From an uncultured Ignavibacteriales bacterium (GTDB lineage Bacteria > Zixibacteria > MSB-5A5 > GN15 > FEB-12), in the NCBI GenBank assembly GCA_964630485.1, contig CAZVUZ010000002.1, positions 689-64,688 on the forward strand: a stretch of 64,000 bases of DNA. Direction: 5' to 3'. Under the pieces are notes generated by a model. It saw only the letters and a program-made list of their open reading frames with translations. It was not told the DNA's origin and did no database searches. The position numbers were made by a program, and so were the translations under genes. Positions 16,992 to 24,248 of this stretch are shown piece by piece. Each line of letters begins with the position of its first letter. Position 1 is the stretch's first letter.

Positions 16992-18493
16992 CGATTTCGT
17001 GGAAGTTTGTCAATTTTCGGAATAGTCGCCAGTACCGGAAGCCCCAGGAATTCCTCGACATCATCAACCCGTTTGAAGGACTTATCCATGATCTCTATCA
17101 GGAACACGGATCCCCCACCGATAACCAATCCCAGCAGGAAACCCATTATTATGATCTTTTTCTTATCCGGCCAGGAGGGCGCCAGGGGCAGCCGGGCCGG
17201 CTCGATAACCTGGTACTTGGTACGATCTTTGGCCCGTTCCGACAGAATCTCGACTGTGCTCTCCTCGGATCTGAAGGCATCGCGGTATCGCCGGGCATCA
17301 CTCACCCGGCGCTCCAACTCGGCTATCTGAGTCTGCAATTTCGGGACCAGGTTTATGCGCTCATCCATCTTGTTCTGGCTCTGACCGAGCTCACTAACCT
17401 TGGAGTTAAGAATATCCAGGTTTTCCTTGACGACAAAATAGCGCTGAAGGAGCTGTCTTTGATTGGTTGGGTAGGACGCGAACTGGGCATCAACGGCCGC
17501 CGCAAGAGTCTGCTCCAGCAGGTGGATATTGTCGTTTAAGCGTATATTGACGTTGATCACATTGCGCTGGTCCCAGGCGTATTTCTCCATCATCGCCGCG
17601 AAAGTGGCTATTTGAGAATCAATATCCGCCCTGAGTTCCACGAGGGTATCGGTGTATTTCAACCGCGCGTCGCTGAGATCGAAACCGGCCAGGTTAGTCG
17701 CAATCCCGGACAGCTCGTTGCGAAAATCCGCAATCTCCAGCTGGGTTTTGTCTATGTCGGACTGTATCTCGCGCAGGTTTTCCCTGGAGCTGATACTCCC
17801 AGGCAGCTGCAACTTGGCCAGGGCCGATTGCGCCGAGGTCAGTGAATCCAGGGCCACCTGATATTCGAGTTGGGTGCGCTGCAACTGCAAATCGGCAAAA
17901 CTCTGGTTATCCAGAATTTTCTCCAGTTCGTAGCGACTTTTTTCCTGTTCCAGTATTTCGGCCAACCGGGTCACCATGTCCCGGGACTTGACCGGGTCTT
18001 TCGACTCCACGACGATCCGTATCTGGTCGGCGCCGACAAAGGAAACCTGGATCTGACTACGCAGTTTCTCCAGCAGGAGATGGAATTTCAACTCCTCCAG
18101 ACTCTGATCGGGATTGTCCTCGCGCATCTTGGCGGCCTGGCGCGTTAGCTCGAAATCTTTATCCAGGTTCAGGTCGCGGATGAGGTTGAACAGGTACAAC
18201 TGGGAGGTCAACTCGTTTTGAAGGGCCTGCAACTGCCGCCGCCGGTCGTCATTGCTCATGCGCGGCGAGCCCTCGCTGCCAATAATGTTGATCAATTCCC
18301 GGGAAACATTGTGAGGCTTGTCAATCCAGACGATTGTCGAGGACTCGTATATCGGATCGAGCACAAACGACGTCCCGTAGGCAACCGCGGTCACCAGTAT
18401 CAGTGGGGCGATAATCAGCCATTTGCGCTTGAGCGCAATACGGAAGATCTCAACAACATCTATGGATTTGCCTTCCCCGTTGGATTTCGTCAC
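16988..18493 (-). CDS. Polysaccharide chain-length determinant (Wzz/GumC/PCP family)
   Basis: N-terminal TM after IDVVEIFRIALKRKWLII, a long coiled-coil periplasmic region, a C-terminal TM and a proline-rich PARLPLAPSWPDKK motif. Confidence 0.8.
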   Translation of the reverse strand: MTKSNGEGKSIDVVEIFRIALKRKWLIIAPLILVTAVAYGTSFVLDPIYESSTIVWIDKPHNVSRELINIIGSEGSPRMSNDDRRRQLQALQNELTSQLYLFNLIRDLNLDKDFELTRQAAKMREDNPDQSLEELKFHLLLEKLRSQIQVSFVGADQIRIVVESKDPVKSRDMVTRLAEILEQEKSRYELEKILDNQSFADLQLQRTQLEYQVALDSLTSAQSALAKLQLPGSISSRENLREIQSDIDKTQLEIADFRNELSGIATNLAGFDLSDARLKYTDTLVELRADIDSQIATFAAMMEKYAWDQRNVINVNIRLNDNIHLLEQTLAAAVDAQFASYPTNQRQLLQRYFVVKENLDILNSKVSELGQSQNKMDERINLVPKLQTQIAELERRVSDARRYRDAFRSEESTVEILSERAKDRTKYQVIEPARLPLAPSWPDKKKIIIMGFLLGLVIGGGSVFLIEIMDKSFKRVDDVEEFLGLPVLATIPKIDKLPRNR

Positions 18494-18508
18494 GCCATCT
18501 GCCCCATT

Positions 18509-19501
18509 TTAGTTATCACTCGGCTTAACAGCCTCATAAATTAAAACGGCCGACGTCACCGCGCCCAGGACAGTTGTAATCGTCCCCAGCGAGCTTCCGA
18601 ATAAACCGCCCCTTTTGTACGGAATGACTATTGCATCCTCTTTACGCATTATATAACGCGCCGGGACTCCGGTTTCAGCGTATTCTTTAAGATCGAATCC
18701 AAGTGTCTGGGCGTAGGCACCGTCTTTGCTTATCACGCGCGTTTTCCTGAGATCGGCATTGTCGAGGTACCCACCCGCCATCGCCACCGCTTCAAGGACA
18801 TCGATATTGTCCTGGAAACTGCGCGGGCCGGGCTCCCTGACCGCGCCCAGCACGTAGATGATATTGCGTCGGTCAGCCTGGCCGGCATAGTCGGCCGGAG
18901 ACGTTCCCATGGGTGTCATGGGGATATCAATCGCGTCCTGGCGATTAATCTTCGGCAACTGATCGACGGATCTTTCGGCAATGGCGCGCGAAAGATCGAT
19001 CACCTCGATGTCGCCGGAGCGCTCCCCGCCTCGAATTATTGTCACGCGGCTGAGATCACCCGTTTCGGTGCTCCAGCCAGCCTCATTGAGGATGGTCAGA
19101 AGGTCCGGGATTTCCTCAAAGGTCTTCTTGCCCGGGCTGTTGACCTGACCGGTTACAAAGACATGCTGATAGTTGTACTCCGAGACCCGCACCACTGCCT
19201 GCGAGACATTCTTGTAGAGCCGCGACATCTGCCGCACAATTTCGCTTTGCAGCTGCTCAGCAGTCTTGCCCGCCGCTTCGATATCCCCGATAATGTCCAG
19301 GGTTATTCTGCCGTTGAGATCGACTCTCACGCTTGTGTTGAGCGTCGGATCCTGCCAGAAATTGACCTCCAGAACATCTTCGGGACCTATCTCATAGGCC
19401 GCCCAAGAGGGAGTGGCTACCGCCAGCAGCAGAGCCATGAAAATCGTTAATCGTAACATCCTGTCCATAAAACCATCTCTTATGGTATAAGTTCCATCCA
19501 T
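18509..19501 (-). CDS. Polysaccharide export outer-membrane protein (Wza-like, Poly_export + SLBB)
   Basis: Signal peptide, a YEIGPEDVLEVNFW poly-export motif, and SLBB-like segments. The start may be one of the internal Met codons (MDRMLRL...). Confidence 0.8.
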   Translation of the reverse strand: MDGTYTIRDGFMDRMLRLTIFMALLLAVATPSWAAYEIGPEDVLEVNFWQDPTLNTSVRVDLNGRITLDIIGDIEAAGKTAEQLQSEIVRQMSRLYKNVSQAVVRVSEYNYQHVFVTGQVNSPGKKTFEEIPDLLTILNEAGWSTETGDLSRVTIIRGGERSGDIEVIDLSRAIAERSVDQLPKINRQDAIDIPMTPMGTSPADYAGQADRRNIIYVLGAVREPGPRSFQDNIDVLEAVAMAGGYLDNADLRKTRVISKDGAYAQTLGFDLKEYAETGVPARYIMRKEDAIVIPYKRGGLFGSSLGTITTVLGAVTSAVLIYEAVKPSDN

Positions 19502-19575
19502 AGAATGACTTATATAGAAATCGGCAGATTCGCCGGATTTCCTTATAAATTAAGGGGGTGAATACGGCGGTGTAA

Positions 19576-19604
19576 AGCATAAAAAAAGCGGCCGGCATCG
19601 TCAA
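19576..19604 (-). promoter_or_regulatory. Candidate sigma-70-type promoter for the export operon
   Basis: The minus strand reads TTGACG-N17-TATGCT, about 70 nt upstream of the ATG at 19501. This is a pattern match only. Confidence 0.3.
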
Positions 19605-19615
19605 GAAAAGGACGG

Positions 19616-21253
19616 CTAAGCGTCGCCGCCGTGAAGGAGGGCCTGATTTCGCCCCGTATCCTTGGCCCTGAGCAGAGCCATATCAGCCGTATGGAGAAGC
19701 TCTTTGCCCTCGCCGGCGTGGTCGGGGAAAATGGCCCCGCCAAGAGAAACCGTGCATGTCAGAGGCTTTTCGAGCCCGTCTATCGGGAATTTCTCGCCGG
19801 CGATGTCTCGCTGAAGCCGTTGCATGAACCTGACACAGGTTTCTTTGTCGGCTTCGGGCATGATTACGCAAAACTCGTCCCCCCCGTAGCGAGCTACAAT
19901 GTCAATCGACCGGATCGATCCCCTCAGAATTTCGCCGAGGCGGCTCAGGACGGCATCCCCGGCAAGGTGACCGTAGGTATCATTGGTCGCCTTGAGTCCG
20001 TCGAGATCGAACATAATAAGCCCCAGTTTTCTGCGATATCGCTTGGCGCGGGCTATCTCCTCGTCGAGTCGGCGAAACAGGTAACGCTGATTGGCCAATC
20101 CGGTAAGGTTGTCCGTATAGGACATTTGCTCGACTTTTTCGTAATCCTCTGCATTGTCAATAAGATCCGCCGCCTGCGCCTGCCAATACCCCAGCCTCTG
20201 ATTTATCGCCTGAACCCGTCCGCCACCACTCCAGGCCAGGACACCGTTGCGCCCGGGCGCCATCGAGTAAGCGGCGACGTACCTGAAGCCCGACTTTCTG
20301 AGATTGCTCAACCAGCTTGACTTGCGTCCGGGATCGGACTCAAGACTCTCCAGAGTCTGGGCAGATCCACCTTTGAGCATGGCTGCAATCTTCTTGAATT
20401 CCTGTTGTGGGGGCAATTCCGGAGTCTTTTTGAGTCCGTCGCCGGCCAGCTGCGGGCCGTTACCTCCCGACTGATCCTGCTGGTAAAAATAGGCGACGCG
20501 CTCCAACCCCAGATCGGCCTTCATCGTCTCGACTATCCTGGGCACAATAGTTTCCGTATTGCGATGGCGCACCAGTTTGAGGACGTTATTGGGTTTTTCA
20601 GAGTGATCGTGGAGTTGGTCGGTTTTTTCGACTTGTTGCTGCAACCGTCTCTGTAAATCGTCGTTCCTGGTCTCGTGCCACTTGATATGATAGGCCGCCG
20701 ATAGTGCCTGAGCCAGGCTGGCAATGAGCAGGTTAAAGGCCGGCTCGCCTGTCTTGAGGGTACTGCGGATGAAATACAGACCATAAATGTTGTTGCGCCA
20801 GAAGATTGGGAAGAAAGTATCGACCCCCGTGGCCTGCAGACTTTCGTAAAAAGAATCTGTGATGGTGCCCTTCAAATCCGACACCGGTCGCGGCAGATAC
20901 TCCGACTCTAGTTTTTCCGCCAGTTCCCGGCTGAAAGCCATGCGAAACTCATTGCGATTGAATTGCTCAAGACCGTAACTGAAATTGTATTTGAAAACTC
21001 CGCGTTTCTTACGCAGGAAAATGATCAACTCACAGCCGAAAGACCGGGTCAGAAGGCCGGAAACCTGACCCGCGACCTGACCGATCACCCCATCTTTGCT
21101 ATTCGTTTTGAGCAAATCGGAGAATTCAGTCAGGCTCAGCTGCCGGACAGCCGCCATTTCATACCGCTCCCGACGGATACGAAAGATCAGCAGGAGCGCC
21201 AAAACCACGGTTGCCCCGACCAGCGCCACTATGAGTATCGTCTGGTACATCAT
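19616..21253 (-). CDS. Membrane-anchored diguanylate cyclase (GGDEF with I-site)
   Basis: N-terminal TM and a central GAF-like region. The C-terminal GGDEF domain carries RYGGDEF, preceded by RSID five residues upstream (RxxD I-site spacing as in PleD). Confidence 0.85.
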   Translation of the reverse strand: MMYQTILIVALVGATVVLALLLIFRIRRERYEMAAVRQLSLTEFSDLLKTNSKDGVIGQVAGQVSGLLTRSFGCELIIFLRKKRGVFKYNFSYGLEQFNRNEFRMAFSRELAEKLESEYLPRPVSDLKGTITDSFYESLQATGVDTFFPIFWRNNIYGLYFIRSTLKTGEPAFNLLIASLAQALSAAYHIKWHETRNDDLQRRLQQQVEKTDQLHDHSEKPNNVLKLVRHRNTETIVPRIVETMKADLGLERVAYFYQQDQSGGNGPQLAGDGLKKTPELPPQQEFKKIAAMLKGGSAQTLESLESDPGRKSSWLSNLRKSGFRYVAAYSMAPGRNGVLAWSGGGRVQAINQRLGYWQAQAADLIDNAEDYEKVEQMSYTDNLTGLANQRYLFRRLDEEIARAKRYRRKLGLIMFDLDGLKATNDTYGHLAGDAVLSRLGEILRGSIRSIDIVARYGGDEFCVIMPEADKETCVRFMQRLQRDIAGEKFPIDGLEKPLTCTVSLGGAIFPDHAGEGKELLHTADMALLRAKDTGRNQALLHGGDA

Positions 21254-21315
21254 AAACTTAGGCCTACTAAGTTCAAGGTAACCCCTCCTGAAAATATGTC
21301 AATTAAAACCGTTCG

Positions 21316-21624
21316 CTACCGATTGCCCCGACAGAACCGGAATCGGGATCGTTTCTTCAGCAATTTGTGCTTGCGGAGGATGCCGAAGACTCGAAACCAG
21401 CTCACCGGAGGAGACTCGGGACTCCTCCTGATATCCCGGACGATCTCGAGAATCGATGCAAAAGGATCGTCTTTGACGAGCCGCAGAACGGCGCTGACAA
21501 GATCGCCAGAGTCCCGGGCCCATGCGTCTGAAATTTCTACATGTGGTGAATCAGTCTCGGTTGCGGTCGCCTCAAAGCGGTCAACCACGCTCAGGCGCGT
21601 CGACTCCGAGCTTTTTTTTTTCAC
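21316..21624 (-). CDS. Hypothetical 102-codon frame with a basic C-terminus; possibly a frameshifted extension of the STAS gene
   Basis: It has a GTG start with no SD and begins inside an A10 tract. It overlaps the STAS gene by 44 nt. Third-position GC is coding-like. The C-terminus VSWFRVFGILRKHKLLKKRSRFRF is basic and HTH-like. Confidence 0.25.
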   Translation of the reverse strand: MKKKSSESTRLSVVDRFEATATETDSPHVEISDAWARDSGDLVSAVLRLVKDDPFASILEIVRDIRRSPESPPVSWFRVFGILRKHKLLKKRSRFRFCRGNR

Positions 21625-21997
21625 CGGTTGGCCCGGCCACCGGCGCGAAATCAGAGCGCGCTTCCTCTACCGACCCGAAGGCCTTGAGGACATTGTCGAA
21701 CTCCAGTAACTCGTATATCTCGTATACATTGGGAACGAGGTTGGACAGCTTGATATCGCCGTCATTGGAACGGACATCGCGGATATTAGAGATGAAAATA
21801 CCCCATCCGGCCGAAGAAATATAGTCAACACCGGCGAGATCCACAACCACCCGGTAGCGACCGCGTTTGACCAGCGAATCAATGACCTCTTCCAGCTCGC
21901 CGGCGGTATTGGTGTCAATCACACCATCCACCCGCACCACGCTGAGGTCACCGGGGCTGCTTTCATTCAGAGAAATAGAGATGTTGTCCTTAACCAA
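21581..21997 (-). CDS. STAS-domain protein (anti-sigma-factor antagonist, SpoIIAA/RsbV-like)
   Basis: 138 aa. VDLAGVDYISSAGWG contains the conserved phosphorylatable Ser context (DYISSAG). An extra tail of about 28 aa follows the STAS fold. Confidence 0.85.
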   Translation of the reverse strand: MVKDNISISLNESSPGDLSVVRVDGVIDTNTAGELEEVIDSLVKRGRYRVVVDLAGVDYISSAGWGIFISNIRDVRSNDGDIKLSNLVPNVYEIYELLEFDNVLKAFGSVEEARSDFAPVAGPTGEKKKLGVDAPERG

Positions 21998-22124
21998 TTG
22001 TCAGCCTCATCCTAAGTACGGCGTTCGTCTGAATAAACGAGCATCTCGGCTCCCAGGCAAGGAAAATGTTGCCATTCGGTAGCCTTGAGATCCCGCGCCT
22101 GGCGGCCATTTGCGGCGCCTTGAG

Positions 22125-24170
22125 TCATAAGCTCTTCTTATCCGTCAGGGCGTTCTCCTGCCCCACCGGTATTGACTCGATCTGTCCGGGTTTTCCGGCC
22201 CCGGCCGTTTCTACAGCCACCCCGACCCTGGCAACAATGAAAGTGATATCATCACCGAGTTTCGAGAAACCGGCGAATTCATCGAGTTCGGCAATAAGGT
22301 TCGCGGTTAAATCCGGCAGTTTGACGGCAATCCCCCGATTGTTCGTTTCCATGAAAGTCACCAGGCGGTCGAGGCCGAACTGGCGGCCTTCCCTGTCCGT
22401 CGCCTCGGTGACACCATCGGTATACATGAGGAGCAGGTCACCATCGGCCAGCGACAGATTTATCTCTTCGAGGCTTTCTTCAAATCCACCCTTGAGAACC
22501 ACCGGCATCCCCAGCGGCATACCTGCCGGGTTTACGCGGTGCACGGCCTTTGCGTCACGAGAGCAGAGCAAAAGCGGGTTATGTCCCGCCGAGACCAGGC
22601 CCAGATTCCGTTCGGCGGCATCGTATATGGCCAGCATGACCGTGATAAACATACCCGACGGGATATTTCCGTCGAGGTAACGGTTTACGCGAGTCAACAG
22701 CCCTTTCGGCGACACCGCATCGGCCGAGTATATCCTGATCACCGTCCGCAACATGGACATTACCAGCGAGGCGGGCACGCCCTTGCCGGAGACATCGGCC
22801 ACGACCAGACAGTATTTCTCGGGGCCGACCTCAAAGACATCGTAGAGATCCCCCCCGACAACGGTGGCCGGCCGGTAGAATGCACCCAGGCGAAGCCCCT
22901 CCGGTTCCGGCAGTTTGCGAGGCAGAAGGGTGTGCTGAATCTGTGAGGCTACCTCGATTTCCTTGGCCATTTTTTCCCGGGCGGCAATGTTCTTTTTGTC
23001 CTGGCTGAGGCGCGTCATGACCTCGTTAAAGGCCCGGGATATCTCGAAGAACTCCTCCGCTCCCTCAAGCGGCAATTCCGATTCGAGATCCCCGGAAGCG
23101 AAGCGCCGAACGCGACTCGTGATCTTGACGATCGGCCGCACGAAATAGTTCGAGAGCATGTAGATTCCGAACACTCCGAACAACAGCAACAGGAGGGTGA
23201 GAAACAAAACTCTCCGACGGGCATCGGTCAGAGGACCCGAGATAGTCTCGGACGTATACGTCACATAGGCCTGACCGACTTTAGTACTGCCCCACGTGAT
23301 CGGTTGCACCAGATAGTAAACCCGTTCACCGTCAATTTCGAGCGACGCCGGCTCGCCGACCACGACCGGCCCGATCGACTCCGGCGCCCGGTAGGGGGTA
23401 CGAATGAGGCGGGTGCTGTCTGAATGGGCAATGATAACCCCGCCGGCGTCGGCCAAAACGACCCTCCGGAGCTCCGGGTTGGCCCGGGCATAGCTCGCCA
23501 CCAGCTCGGCAAACTCGATATCGGAGCGACTGCGAACCATGTATCCCGCCGCCTGGTCGGCGATCGTTCGCGTAAGAGAATTCACGGTTCGATGCAACCG
23601 CGCATAAAGCTGCTGAGTGGTCTGGCGATCCATGTAGTAAAAAGCCCCGCCGACAATGACCAACACGATAATGAATGTCCACACCGAAAACTTGGCCCGG
23701 AGGGTGAACATCCGGCGCAGGAGACCGCGACCATCGCCACCACTGCGATGCAAACGCTTGATCATGCGCAGTTCATTGCGACCGGCGGCCGAGATGTATT
23801 CGACCGAATCCATGATCTTCTGGATCATGTAGAAGCCCAGGCCACCCTTGCGACCCGATTCGACCAGCTTCGCCAAATCTATAGTACCCGTGGAATTGGG
23901 CTGAAAGGAGCGTCCGAAATCGATAAGCGAGAAAACAACGAGCTTTTTGTACAGCACGATGCGAAGCCGCAAAACGCCCTTTTCGTAGAGGTAAGCGTGC
24001 CGGATGATATTGGTCGCCGCCTCCTCGGTCGCGAGCAACACCGACGAAGTCTCCCGGCGGGACATACCGGCCGCAATGCAACTGTCATGGACGGTTCGCT
24101 GGATACTGTCGAGGTATTTCTCCTCGGCCGAGAACTCGGCGTTAATCTCTTTCAGCGCGCTACGAAACAT
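22125..24170 (-). CDS. Fusion protein: RsbW/SpoIIAB-type serine kinase, TM, periplasmic sensor, TM, HAMP, PP2C (SpoIIE) phosphatase
   Basis: Residues 1-140 carry the GHKL motifs EEAATNIIRHA, IDFGRSF and GGLGFYMI. TM segments are at about 161-180 and 321-343. HAMP spans about 344-395. PP2C motifs are VVGGDLYDV, ADVSGKGVPASL, GHNPLLL, MYTDGVTEA and DDITFIV. Confidence 0.85.
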   Translation of the reverse strand: MFRSALKEINAEFSAEEKYLDSIQRTVHDSCIAAGMSRRETSSVLLATEEAATNIIRHAYLYEKGVLRLRIVLYKKLVVFSLIDFGRSFQPNSTGTIDLAKLVESGRKGGLGFYMIQKIMDSVEYISAAGRNELRMIKRLHRSGGDGRGLLRRMFTLRAKFSVWTFIIVLVIVGGAFYYMDRQTTQQLYARLHRTVNSLTRTIADQAAGYMVRSRSDIEFAELVASYARANPELRRVVLADAGGVIIAHSDSTRLIRTPYRAPESIGPVVVGEPASLEIDGERVYYLVQPITWGSTKVGQAYVTYTSETISGPLTDARRRVLFLTLLLLLFGVFGIYMLSNYFVRPIVKITSRVRRFASGDLESELPLEGAEEFFEISRAFNEVMTRLSQDKKNIAAREKMAKEIEVASQIQHTLLPRKLPEPEGLRLGAFYRPATVVGGDLYDVFEVGPEKYCLVVADVSGKGVPASLVMSMLRTVIRIYSADAVSPKGLLTRVNRYLDGNIPSGMFITVMLAIYDAAERNLGLVSAGHNPLLLCSRDAKAVHRVNPAGMPLGMPVVLKGGFEESLEEINLSLADGDLLLMYTDGVTEATDREGRQFGLDRLVTFMETNNRGIAVKLPDLTANLIAELDEFAGFSKLGDDITFIVARVGVAVETAGAGKPGQIESIPVGQENALTDKKSL

Positions 24171-24248
24171 ATAAAAACACTACGGCGGGAAAGCTCGGCA
24201 GTCTACTAAAAAAGGTCTCCGGGGCGGCCCATCAGGTCGGAATATCAG

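Noticed and set aside
21316-21624. The HTH-like tail (VSWFRVFGILRKHKLL) as a remnant of an IS transposase or mobile element
   Set aside because: There is no DDE or recombinase domain, no inverted repeats, no target duplication nearby and no GC shift. The resemblance to transposase HTH motifs is too short to support a mobile-element call.
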